Shown: positions 52,503 through 61,557 of the stretch, piece after piece
Layout: each line of letters starts with the position of its first letter
How positions within the stretch are numbered: position 1 is the stretch's first letter
DNA from: a virus
Taxonomy: Duplodnaviria; Caudoviricetes
Virus record (IMG/VR): IMGVR_UViG_3300025870_000004
Coordinates: 28,687 to 92,686 of that record
DNA length: 64,000 nucleotides
Strand: one strand, 5' to 3'
Notes under the pieces: generated by a model
Databases searched by the model: none
What the model was told of the DNA's origin: nothing
The model's input: only the letters and a program-made list of their open reading frames with translations
Position numbers and translations under genes: made by a program

Positions 52503-54055
52503 TTCGTCTCTCTATTCTTTGCTTTTGCACGGGCGATTCTTGCACGGTCGAGCATTGTATCAAATTTCTTTTTATCAGTTTGCTTTTCGCGTTCGATTTT
52601 ATCTTTTGCCGTTGCGACGGCATCTTCTTCGACTTCATGGAGTGCAAGATGTTTAGGTAGAACGCCCTTCTTCACCATTTGGTCAAAGTATTTAATCATT
52701 TGTCTAGGACGCTCAACACCATACTGACGGAAGAAGTCCCATGCACCTGAACCGCCTTTATTTGGATTCTTGCGTCTCCAGTTAAGATATGCACGAACAG
52801 CATCTTTGTATTCTTTACCGTTCACAACTTTGTCAAGGAACTTATCAACACCCTTCATAAGAACTGCGCCATCGCCTTTGTTTCCGAACGGCCCAGTCTT
52901 ACCGAAAACTCTTTCGTCTACTTCGCATGGCGTGTCTTTTTCATACTTCTTGACTAGTTTGTCTGTGCCTTCTTCGCCAGCACCAGACTCACCATACATT
53001 GCCTTGAATGACCTAGTATACTTGGACGGTTTGGTCTTCGCACCCTTGTCACCTGGCGCTGGTTTATATGCAGACGCATCATCATCGTCCTTTGCAGTGC
53101 CTTTCTTGAAGTGCGCGGCGCGTTTCTTCTTGGTCGCGACAGACATATCGTCACCTTCAGCGTCTTTCGCATAATACTTCTTAGGTTGTGTCCCCTTGAC
53201 ATCCTTACCAATCTCAGAGTCTTGAGGTGCTTTCTTCTCAATCAGTTCTACTGCGTCCAACCACTTACGAAGTTTCTTGTCACCACATTCAACGATGACA
53301 TAGTTCGCACCCAATACAGATACGATACCGACTTCTTCGCTTTCTTTGACAACAACAGTATCACCAATTTCAAACAACTCACCAGAGACATATGCCTCAC
53401 GAGTGTCATCCAGTTTACCTAAGTCGATGTGTCGTTTGAAGGAGCGTTCCTCTTTCAGACCCATACCCTTGCGAACATCATTGAAGAGTCTGCGAGTGTC
53501 CTTGTCGGACATAGAGTTTGGAATACCCTGTGAGAATACTTGATAGTCATTGTCTGATACAGCTTGACGCATCTTACTTGCAGACATACCCTCAACACCT
53601 TCTGCATCAGGGTCGCGTCTACCAGCAGATACAACATCAATTGATTCGAAGTTATAGAATCCGTGACGCGCCTTCTTACCGTTGTATTTGTTCAACAGGA
53701 CTTCAAAGGTTCTTAACTGGTCGCCACCGACAACCATTGTGATTCTCTTATAACCCATGTCATACAGTTTGGTGGCAATGTCGATTGCGTTTCTTGCAGT
53801 CTTATCTACGATGATGTTACGACCATTCTTTGGGAACATCTTGCGTAGGTGTTTAATTTTATCTGAGTATGACAGGGGGTTTTTCTTTGCGTCTTGGGAC
53901 TGCGACACATAAATCTTATAGTCTGCACCCTTAGACTTCTTGACCAAAGCGTCAATCAGTTTGCCATGACCAATCGTTGGTGGATTCATCCGACCAAACG
54001 TAAAGAAGACTTCGCGTTCTTCTTCTACCAAATATTCACTGAAGTTCTTAATCAC
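52499..54055 (-). CDS. HIGH-superfamily nucleotidyltransferase (cytidylyltransferase-like) with C-terminal extensions
   Basis: GTG start MIKNFSEYLVEE; FGRMNPPTIGH; KNPL; SAG.RDPDA; MSASKMR. Confidence 0.85.
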   Translation of the reverse strand: MIKNFSEYLVEEEREVFFTFGRMNPPTIGHGKLIDALVKKSKGADYKIYVSQSQDAKKNPLSYSDKIKHLRKMFPKNGRNIIVDKTARNAIDIATKLYDMGYKRITMVVGGDQLRTFEVLLNKYNGKKARHGFYNFESIDVVSAGRRDPDAEGVEGMSASKMRQAVSDNDYQVFSQGIPNSMSDKDTRRLFNDVRKGMGLKEERSFKRHIDLGKLDDTREAYVSGELFEIGDTVVVKESEEVGIVSVLGANYVIVECGDKKLRKWLDAVELIEKKAPQDSEIGKDVKGTQPKKYYAKDAEGDDMSVATKKKRAAHFKKGTAKDDDDASAYKPAPGDKGAKTKPSKYTRSFKAMYGESGAGEEGTDKLVKKYEKDTPCEVDERVFGKTGPFGNKGDGAVLMKGVDKFLDKVVNGKEYKDAVRAYLNWRRKNPNKGGSGAWDFFRQYGVERPRQMIKYFDQMVKKGVLPKHLALHEVEEDAVATAKDKIEREKQTDKKKFDTMLDRARIARAKAKNRETK

Positions 54056-54530
54056 TCTTCTTTGCGCCTCTTTTTCTTGCGAGCTCTGACTTACGAACCG
54101 TTGGAAGAAGTTTCTTCGCGATTCTGTCAATGCGTGAACCCATTTTACTTACACGCTTCTCAATCTCTGCGCGGCGAGCTACTGACAACTCAGACTTATC
54201 TATACCCTTAGTAATCTTCTTGACGATTGCTCCACGGGCCTGACGGCGAGCGCGTTTCTTTAACGTATCCATATTCGCAACACGGCGTGCTGCAATCTTA
54301 CGTCCTCGCGCAATCTTCGCTTTATTCTTCTTGAGATTTCTTGCCAGTTTACGGCGTTGTTGGACAGTGAGTGCTTCTGTCTCTATAGGCGCGTGGGTGG
54401 AAGAATACTCTGCATCCGTTCCTGCACCGATATCACGCTTACGTTTCTTTGCGTTATATGCCTGTTGAGGGTCACCCGTTTGGGTGTAGTCCACATTCAG
54501 AAATGTCTTCAGGCTCATTGGTTTAGCCAT
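54048..54530 (-). CDS. Very basic late protein
   Basis: SLKTFL N-terminus; EAL...QRRK; Arg/Lys-rich. Confidence 0.65.
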   Translation of the reverse strand: MAKPMSLKTFLNVDYTQTGDPQQAYNAKKRKRDIGAGTDAEYSSTHAPIETEALTVQQRRKLARNLKKNKAKIARGRKIAARRVANMDTLKKRARRQARGAIVKKITKGIDKSELSVARRAEIEKRVSKMGSRIDRIAKKLLPTVRKSELARKRGAKKSD

Positions 54531-54533
54531 GTA

Positions 54534-55766
54534 TTACCTCTTTGGTTTATCCCATCCCTTCAGTATGTCAGGACTGAAGTTATTATACGAAAATTCTAAG
54601 CGGTCAACCAACTTGACCGCATCACCACCTAATTTGTCAATAGCAACGAAACCTTCTGCACCAGTGCGAACCTTGTAACCTTTTGTGGTTTGCACAAATG
54701 CATCATAATTTGAAATACTATTAAGTTTATTTATAAGTTTTAATTTCGCTAATACAATACTTTTTTGTAAATCAAACATGTTTACGAGAGATTTCTTATT
54801 CTTTGGAGAGAAAAACTTCATGATTTCATCAAGTTTCTGCTGTTGAACCATGCGACCCTTCTCTGACTTACGTTTCTCCATCTCTTTGACAAACTTGTCA
54901 TTGACCCACTTGATGAGTCCTGTCACATGTATGCGACTATCTGGAATGACCTGACCCTCACGCACAAAGGTATTATTGTATTGTTCAATCAATTGTGCGA
55001 GTCCTTGGTTCTTTTCAAGTTCACGGAGTGTCGAACCAGCGATACTGTTGAAGAGTTTACCAGCCGTTGACAGATGCTTGGTCACCTCGGCGGTCTCTTT
55101 CTTGTTCATTGTCGCACCACCGACATCACGCAACATTGCATCCTGTGACCAGACATTCTTAGATTGTTTGAACTTAGATACGTCAACACCATACGAGGCT
55201 TTCAACGACTCGAAGTCATTACCTTTATATGTAGTGTGCCATACAATACCAATCTGTGCCTTACGAACAGCATCAGCTTGGTCATATGGGATTGCATAGA
55301 TGATTGTGTTTGGATGAAAGGTTGTATACTTCTCACCATCGATGACTTCATTCTTAACATCTTCTTTCGAGAACAAGAAGTCTCCCTGAATAATACCTTT
55401 AATACCAAGGTCTGGAAGATAACGTAGTGCAGCTTTCATCTTGTCTGCAAGGTCACCCGACATCTCTGCATCAATCTCTGCGGCAGACTTATAGATTTTA
55501 GGGTTCTTGGCAAAGATGCCCTTCTTCGCAACAAAGAAGTTACCGTCACTAGGGTCTTGTCCTGCGAAGATTGCAGGCGCACCATCCCACTTGACCGATA
55601 GTTTAGAACTGGTCTCACCCGCAAGCATGTCACGAAGTTCACGCAATGCATTGATTGCCTGACGAGTTCCGTTCACACCACCATAGAGAACCTTGTCCTC
55701 GATATGAGTCATGTGAGTATTCTTTTGCTCACGGAGAAAATCTGGGAAGTGAAGTATCGTGGTCAT
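54534..55766 (-). CDS. DUF6267-like protein with ATP-dependent ligase-type motifs
   Basis: KNTHMTHIED, SVKWDGAPA, QGD, EGFV, VKLVDR. Confidence 0.7.
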   Translation of the reverse strand: MTTILHFPDFLREQKNTHMTHIEDKVLYGGVNGTRQAINALRELRDMLAGETSSKLSVKWDGAPAIFAGQDPSDGNFFVAKKGIFAKNPKIYKSAAEIDAEMSGDLADKMKAALRYLPDLGIKGIIQGDFLFSKEDVKNEVIDGEKYTTFHPNTIIYAIPYDQADAVRKAQIGIVWHTTYKGNDFESLKASYGVDVSKFKQSKNVWSQDAMLRDVGGATMNKKETAEVTKHLSTAGKLFNSIAGSTLRELEKNQGLAQLIEQYNNTFVREGQVIPDSRIHVTGLIKWVNDKFVKEMEKRKSEKGRMVQQQKLDEIMKFFSPKNKKSLVNMFDLQKSIVLAKLKLINKLNSISNYDAFVQTTKGYKVRTGAEGFVAIDKLGGDAVKLVDRLEFSYNNFSPDILKGWDKPKR

Positions 55767-57112
55767 TTCTTAAATATCTTCTTAAAGTCTGCGGTTGCCA
55801 TGGCTTGGAACTGTGGATTTGCTGAATAACTACCTTTATATCGCACTTCAATGTCAAGTATGGGTGAACCGTCTGAATAGATTGTTAGGAATACTTTAGC
55901 TGCACTAGCACCTTTCTCCCATGCACCTACCTTACCTGAAGTTCTTTCTACTTCGAGTTTACTATTATACAAGTCTTGTAAGACAGTAACAATATTACTT
56001 AACTCTTGACCATCAGCATCACTTACCTCTATCTGACCACGAACGAATTTACCGATACCTGTTAGTAGAGTAAACTGAAATTCGTTTGCATTCAGTGTGT
56101 CGTTCAGTTGTGTTCTAAAGACGAGTTCAAGAAACTTTTCAACAAATCCTTGGTCATGCGATTTGATTACACTGAAAACTTTTTTGAAGAATATATTTGT
56201 AGGTTTCTTGAGTTCTTTACCCCAAACATTTACAGGAATCTTATTGATAGCCTTTGTATATTCCATAGGTTTCATCTTACGGATTTCTTCTTTTGATAAC
56301 TTCAACTTTTCCATGAGAACACGTTCAAAGAATAACTTTTTCGCATTATCAATCAGAATGGTATCAGCACCAACAATATCCTGTAGAATACTTTCTTTAC
56401 CTGTAATCGGTTTGTTGATAAGTGTGGGGTCGGGTGCTTTGACCGAAGATTTCTTTTTTAGAGAGTATCCGTAAAACTTACCAGAACTTGATTTGACTAC
56501 TATATCAGATGAGTTATAATCTTTTATTCGACCTAATCTAGGATTGAACTTCGCAATCTCTTTATCCCATCCTTTACCAGTCCAGTAGACTTTAGATGCT
56601 GTTCCAACTTCATTTAGAATATATTTCGCCGCTGATATTGCAGTTGCAAGGTCGTTGAAGTTGTTTTGGAAAAAGTCTAGGAAGTCGGGTCTACGGTCTG
56701 CGCCATCTACTTTAGAATAAATCTTCTTTGCCTGTTCAATGAGGTCAACCGCTTCTTCTTCGGTGAGTGTAGAACCACCCTCATATTTCATGAGAACGAG
56801 ACAGGCGGTCATCATCTCTTGGACTTCGCCTGGGACTTTTTTACCACCTTCACCGATTGAACCATCGCCAAACATGGAAGATGCGAATGGAATTTTTAGA
56901 TTATTCTGTTTGATATAATCTTTGATATCTTTTTGTTGGTCGGTGAATGCTCTCTTTATTTTATATTTCTTCATATCAGGAGTCGAGACCATAACAATAT
57001 CATCGGTTGGCCCTTGAAGATAAGAGATTAGTTTCTTGATATCAGCATCATCGGACGAGTTGTGTCCTACATTGAATGCAGCTTCAGATAGATGTGTCTT
57101 AAACTTTTGCAT
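55763..57112 (-). CDS. Putative PD-(D/E)XK nuclease-fold protein with a capsid-targeting-like N-terminus
   Basis: MQKFKTHLSEA; QE; SSDIVV...GYSLKK; EVRYKG. Confidence 0.55.
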   Translation of the reverse strand: MQKFKTHLSEAAFNVGHNSSDDADIKKLISYLQGPTDDIVMVSTPDMKKYKIKRAFTDQQKDIKDYIKQNNLKIPFASSMFGDGSIGEGGKKVPGEVQEMMTACLVLMKYEGGSTLTEEEAVDLIEQAKKIYSKVDGADRRPDFLDFFQNNFNDLATAISAAKYILNEVGTASKVYWTGKGWDKEIAKFNPRLGRIKDYNSSDIVVKSSSGKFYGYSLKKKSSVKAPDPTLINKPITGKESILQDIVGADTILIDNAKKLFFERVLMEKLKLSKEEIRKMKPMEYTKAINKIPVNVWGKELKKPTNIFFKKVFSVIKSHDQGFVEKFLELVFRTQLNDTLNANEFQFTLLTGIGKFVRGQIEVSDADGQELSNIVTVLQDLYNSKLEVERTSGKVGAWEKGASAAKVFLTIYSDGSPILDIEVRYKGSYSANPQFQAMATADFKKIFKK

Positions 57113-57136
57113 CGATTTCCCATTTATATTTACCAC

Positions 57137-57144
57137 TATTTATA
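57137..57144 (-). promoter_or_regulatory. T4-type late promoter TATAAATA heading the internal-protein operon
   Basis: Exact match 24 nt upstream of the ATG at 57112. Confidence 0.8.
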
Positions 57145-57150
57145 AGATTT

Positions 57151-57831
57151 TTAACACCAACCGTTGGTGTAATCATCTTGATATAACACTTTTATATCAG
57201 AAATCGATTTAGATGTCAAGTCAGAAAGTTGCCACTTGGCTCTATTTTTTGATACGGTTGCGTAGATTGATGGTAGGTCTATCTGTAGGATGTCTTCCAT
57301 CAATGATTTACACTTATCAAAGTCGCGTATGTCGAATACATGGTCATAGTAATGTATGTTACCACCACAATGATATTGGGGATAGAATTCGGTCAGGGGA
57401 ATGCCCCAACGCACATGTTCCTTAACGATGTCGTTAATATCTTTGAATGTCCATTTTAATTTGACGAACTCTTCATATATCCCTGCGTCATATTGTTGGA
57501 TTGCAAAGTTCACTCCACTCAACCATCGTTCTACAGGGTCACGTTTGATAGCGAACCGCAATGTGTTGTCTCGCCAAAGGTCACCGTTTCTTTCCACAAA
57601 CTCTCGGCGACCATGAAGTTCTGACTGTCCGTGAGGAAAGTATCCGTGGGGATTATCGGAGGATGTTTGTCTGTAAGGCAGACCATTGAGGTCAGACCAC
57701 ATGACTTTCAATGTCGATGAACAGTTCTTCGGTATGATACGAAAGTCTATCTCGTCACCGAAGTATAGGACATTATACCTGTTATCAAAATAAGACTGTT
57801 GAGTCACCTTGTTCCTCGTTATACTTTTCAA
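57151..57831 (-). CDS. Sulfotransferase family 2 protein
   Basis: IIPKNCSSTLK, KRDPVERWLSG, LY..DY. Confidence 0.75.
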   Translation of the reverse strand: MKSITRNKVTQQSYFDNRYNVLYFGDEIDFRIIPKNCSSTLKVMWSDLNGLPYRQTSSDNPHGYFPHGQSELHGRREFVERNGDLWRDNTLRFAIKRDPVERWLSGVNFAIQQYDAGIYEEFVKLKWTFKDINDIVKEHVRWGIPLTEFYPQYHCGGNIHYYDHVFDIRDFDKCKSLMEDILQIDLPSIYATVSKNRAKWQLSDLTSKSISDIKVLYQDDYTNGWC

Positions 57832-58468
57832 TCGTATCCCTCAAAGAATTAATCCAGTTATCACGATGTTCGACAAAGATTTGAGGTTTATCTTCACCGT
57901 CAACACTGATGATAGTCACCAGCTGTGTGATAGGTTGACCTGTGCGTTCTTCCCACATGATAGCATATGCGGCTTCCTGCATGAAGTAGTTGTTAATCCA
58001 ACTCTTCTGTTTCTTCTTCATTGCAGTCTTGAAGTCAATGATGGATAGTTTACCATCAAACTCAGCAACACAGTCAACACGACCAGCGACACCCAAGTGG
58101 TTGGAATAGAGTGGTGCTTCCTGTGCATAGACAGTTCCAATCAACCCATCAAGAACTGGTTTCATAACATTGAATGAGTGAATAATATCTGGAGTATAAC
58201 CATCCTTGTAGTTCGGGTCATTGTCGATATACTTCTCAGTAATCTCGTGAACACGAGTTCCACGACCCGATGCACGACCAGAGATTCTGTTTGCCTCTGC
58301 TTCACCGACACGTTTACGCCACTTTGCGATAGAGTCACGAGATAGAATAGATAGGACAGTGGTGATAGATGGAAGGTCGATTCCTTCGGGGGTCTTATAC
58401 TTACGTCCAGACTCGGTTGTCACCGCATTCATTTCAGTTAGTTCTACTTGTTCGTGTATAAAGGTCAT
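57785..58468 (-). CDS. PD-(D/E)XK exonuclease (Cas4-like phage exonuclease)
   Basis: PSITTVLS, RGT.VH, AGRVDC....IIDFKT, Q..AY. Confidence 0.9.
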   Translation of the reverse strand: MTFIHEQVELTEMNAVTTESGRKYKTPEGIDLPSITTVLSILSRDSIAKWRKRVGEAEANRISGRASGRGTRVHEITEKYIDNDPNYKDGYTPDIIHSFNVMKPVLDGLIGTVYAQEAPLYSNHLGVAGRVDCVAEFDGKLSIIDFKTAMKKKQKSWINNYFMQEAAYAIMWEERTGQPITQLVTIISVDGEDKPQIFVEHRDNWINSLRDTIEKYNEEQGDSTVLF

Positions 58469-58767
58469 GCTAATACTTTCAATAATCCAATCGCTAATAC
58501 GATTGATGCGGTTGTATTTAGAACAATCATTGCTCGGTCATGCCAGAGCATTGACACGACCAACCATAAGACTGTTCCGATTAGTCCAAAGATGAAGTCA
58601 TAGAGTGCATACTCAACACCAGCAGAACGACATATGATAGCAATCATAATGAACACTGTCGCAACCCATTTGATATACCAGTCAAGAGTATATAGAGGTG
58701 TTACTGTCTCGACCATTGTCGGTTCGACATACTCAAACTCTACTGTTTCTGTATTTTCATTATCCAC
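58465..58767 (-). CDS. Small three-TM membrane protein (DUF6552-like)
   Basis: DWYIKWVAT...W..V..LWHDRA...LN. Confidence 0.65.
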   Translation of the reverse strand: MDNENTETVEFEYVEPTMVETVTPLYTLDWYIKWVATVFIMIAIICRSAGVEYALYDFIFGLIGTVLWLVVSMLWHDRAMIVLNTTASIVLAIGLLKVLA

Positions 58768-59350
58768 GAATCATCTCCATTTTATTTCGTGCTGCTTTCC
58801 ACTGAGCAAAGGTCAATGGTTGACGAGCCTTACCATACTTGAGTTTGCGTTTCGTAAACTCTTCCTTGAGTATCTTCTTGGCATCTGAACCGATGAACGC
58901 ACCGACCAGTTCTAACAACGCACGGCGGAAAGAACGACCATGATGCATGTGACCCAGACAATGTGTCAACTCATGCAACAGAGTATATTCGTCCAACCCT
59001 GCTTTACTATCTAGTGTCACTGACCAACCGTCAGTCCAACCAGCAGTTCCCCGACCCGTGTTGCGTTCTTTGAGAACAACTGCGGGTTGTTTCATCAGGT
59101 CACGGTCTGTGCGACTTTCTAGTTTCCAAACCTTCTGCCACTTCTTGGTCGCATAGATTTGCTTTGCACGTTTCTGTGCTTCTTTCAGATTTTCAAACTC
59201 TTTGACTTTGACACGTTTCTGAAAGGCAAACTCTGCTTGATAGGTCTTAGACTTCTCTGAGTCTACTCGACCAGCAGCACCACGGTTTTGTTTGTGACTA
59301 TGCTTTCGCTTATATTCAGCATACAGTAATTTCAACGCATCTAGTTCCAT
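58760..59350 (-). CDS. Zincin-like metallohydrolase (HExxH)
   Basis: LLHELTH...HHGRSF. Confidence 0.75.
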   Translation of the reverse strand: MELDALKLLYAEYKRKHSHKQNRGAAGRVDSEKSKTYQAEFAFQKRVKVKEFENLKEAQKRAKQIYATKKWQKVWKLESRTDRDLMKQPAVVLKERNTGRGTAGWTDGWSVTLDSKAGLDEYTLLHELTHCLGHMHHGRSFRRALLELVGAFIGSDAKKILKEEFTKRKLKYGKARQPLTFAQWKAARNKMEMIRG

Positions 59351-59787
59351 TGTGCAATCATCTCCTTTGCTTGCTTTGCTACTTGCGCTTCACGACCATA
59401 TGCATCGATTTCCCAAGGCTGGTCATCATACTTGACGTTGGTATAATACTCACCGTCCCACTGCTGGGCTTTGACAAGACACTCATCTACAATTTGCAGA
59501 CCATGGTCGATGAGACGACCAGTTGCCATTTGTTGAGCGTGAATCATCTCGTGAGCGATGTTGACTTTGATGGTCTCGATATCAAGAGCCTCACCTTGAA
59601 CGTGAGTAGCAATCTCGATATCGATATCATCAGCATCACCGTAGCAGTAACCACCAGCGTCACCATCACACTTCTTCATCAAGTCAATGCGAAGGTCACC
59701 CTCATGACTGTCAAGATTGAGAATCACAGCAACTGCGTTGATGTAATCCTCAACCTCATAACCATTGTCTTCCAAATAAATATTCAT
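59341..59787 (-). CDS. Zincin-like metallopeptidase (HExxH)
   Basis: IAHEMIHAQQ...Y..QPWEIDAY. Confidence 0.8.
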   Translation of the reverse strand: MNIYLEDNGYEVEDYINAVAVILNLDSHEGDLRIDLMKKCDGDAGGYCYGDADDIDIEIATHVQGEALDIETIKVNIAHEMIHAQQMATGRLIDHGLQIVDECLVKAQQWDGEYYTNVKYDDQPWEIDAYGREAQVAKQAKEMIAQWN

Positions 59788-59814
59788 AACAACCTCTCTT
59801 CTCACTATACCTTT

Positions 59815-59843
59815 ATAGTATCAGCTTGGGCAGAAATTGTCAA
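59815..59843 (-). promoter_or_regulatory. sigma70-type early promoter
   Basis: TTGACA-17-TACTAT. Confidence 0.8.
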
Positions 59844-59872
59844 GAACTTTCTTTCATAACAATATCAATGGC

Positions 59873-60445
59873 TTAGACAGGAACTCCAGTCACTTCAAGA
59901 CTTTCCAGAACTTCAAGGACATTTTGAGGTGATGATTCGCCATACGGGTCATCATCCGCATTGTCACGGAAACCCTCTTCGGGTAAGAATGCCTCGATGA
60001 CACCATTCTTGACAATCATCGCATAACGCCATGAACGCATACCAAAACCAAGATTGTCTTTGTCAACGAGCATACCCATCTTGCGAGTGAACTCACCCGA
60101 ACCATCTGGAACGACTTTCACGTTATCCAGTGCTTGGTCTTGAGCCCACTTGTTCATCACAAACGAATCATTGACAGAGATACAGTATACGTCATCGATA
60201 CCATATTCAGCAAACTCACCTTCGTCCATCAGTTTCTCAAAGTCTGGTAACTGATATGTCGAACACGTTGGAGTGAATGCGCCTGGTAGTGAGAACACTA
60301 CGACACGCTTCTTGATATCCGCACTACCAAACAGAAACTCACTGTTCACTGTCTGCCAACGGAATGGGTTGTCCCCACCGATTGACTCGTCCCGCACACG
60401 AGTCTGAAAGTTTACTACGGGAAGTTTTACACCTTTATTCATCAT
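59873..60445 (-). CDS. Peroxiredoxin (Prx5/redoxin type)
   Basis: FSLPGAFTPTCS..QLP, SVNDSFVM..W, DGSG.FT, RSWRY. Confidence 0.95.
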   Translation of the reverse strand: MMNKGVKLPVVNFQTRVRDESIGGDNPFRWQTVNSEFLFGSADIKKRVVVFSLPGAFTPTCSTYQLPDFEKLMDEGEFAEYGIDDVYCISVNDSFVMNKWAQDQALDNVKVVPDGSGEFTRKMGMLVDKDNLGFGMRSWRYAMIVKNGVIEAFLPEEGFRDNADDDPYGESSPQNVLEVLESLEVTGVPV

Positions 60446-60513
60446 CTTCACTTTCTCTAATTCGATATGGGCGAACATCCTCACCCAAGTTTTCATCATA
60501 ATCTATGTCATAG

Positions 60514-60538
60514 TAGGCAGGATAAAATACCCTGCCTA
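60514..60538. terminator. Hairpin immediately after the DUF932 gene (possible terminator or processing site)
   Basis: TAGGCAGG-9 nt-CCTGCCTA; no clear U-tract. Confidence 0.4.
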
Positions 60539-60543
60539 TCCAG

Positions 60544-61494
60544 TTAAGAAGCGAGTGCATACTCTACTGCTTTCTCGACTGCTTTGACTTTGCGTGATTG
60601 GTTTGCACCAAACCATGCAGAAGTCAAACGTGTGTCTGCCTCACGACCCATCTTGTGGTCAGTCAGGTAGGTCACGCTATTTAGTGCTTGCCACCATGTG
60701 CCTTCACCAAACTCTGCGCCAGGCTGAGTTTCCAGAACCTCATATGCTTTTTTCGCATTGGTGGTCAGGTCTTCGACAGACTGGACATTAACTTCACTCT
60801 TACCTTGATAGGTGCGAGGGAATACTTCGTTGTAATACTCAACCAGTGAACCAACCGTGAAACGTTTGGACGAAAGAAACTCTGCGGTCTCTTTATACTG
60901 TTGGAACTTCTCATGAGCAATACCCAGAGTTTCTTTCACGGAGTCAGGATTGAATGCAGTGCGGTGATTCAGAGATACCGAATTTGCAACCTTCTGACCA
61001 AGCGACAGTGACAGTGTGTTGTTGCACACTACACGAATCGGAGTGAACCGAACATCGATGGACTTACCATACTGATGCGGGTTAGAGAACAGAAGGTATG
61101 AGTCAACTTGGTCACCACCAAGAATGTCAAAGGTGTCTTTTACTTTCGCGAGACCCCATACCATGTTACCATCTTTGAGTGAACCAGCGGTGTGCATTTC
61201 CATATCACCCGCAAGAACATACTCAGAGAAGAACTCAAACGCTTCGCTGTTCTGAACTGGATTCCATCCTTTACCGATGACATCCAGAACTTTGTTGTCA
61301 GAGGAACGAACAAGTGCTTGTTTGCCTTCCACTGTTGCACCAGACGATGTTACGAGGTCTTCCTTCTCAACTGTCCAGTCCAGACCAGCCTTCTCCATCA
61401 TCTGACGGGGAGTCAGGTCATTTGATACAGGAACACCGAGACCGTGCCACGGAACTTCTCCTGCGTATGCCATTGTTTCTACTGCATGTGCCAT
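60544..61494 (-). CDS. DUF932 family phage protein
   Basis: PWHGLG, AGLDW.V, VQN..AF.F, TPIRVVCNNTL, T.W.A.N.VT...DH. Confidence 0.9.
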   Translation of the reverse strand: MAHAVETMAYAGEVPWHGLGVPVSNDLTPRQMMEKAGLDWTVEKEDLVTSSGATVEGKQALVRSSDNKVLDVIGKGWNPVQNSEAFEFFSEYVLAGDMEMHTAGSLKDGNMVWGLAKVKDTFDILGGDQVDSYLLFSNPHQYGKSIDVRFTPIRVVCNNTLSLSLGQKVANSVSLNHRTAFNPDSVKETLGIAHEKFQQYKETAEFLSSKRFTVGSLVEYYNEVFPRTYQGKSEVNVQSVEDLTTNAKKAYEVLETQPGAEFGEGTWWQALNSVTYLTDHKMGREADTRLTSAWFGANQSRKVKAVEKAVEYALAS

Positions 61495-61528
61495 AATCAA
61501 TCTCCTTCTATTTCTCGATTATGTTCTT

Positions 61529-61557
61529 ATAATAACACAAACTTATAATAAAGTCAA
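61529..61557 (-). promoter_or_regulatory. sigma70-type early promoter
   Basis: TTGACT-17-TATTAT; the -35 box contains the upstream TGA. Confidence 0.75.

Noticed and set aside
54056-54130. N-terminal extension of the nucleotidyltransferase in the ORF track, and similar extensions at 7328, 17041, 35699, 46064 and 57136
   Set aside because: The extensions overlap neighbouring genes or promoters. Downstream starts with ribosome-binding sites or stop-start overlaps fit better.
57785-58468. Cas4 as evidence of a CRISPR-Cas system
   Set aside because: It is a stand-alone PD-(D/E)XK exonuclease of a kind common in T4-like phages, with no Fe-S cysteine set, cas genes or array.
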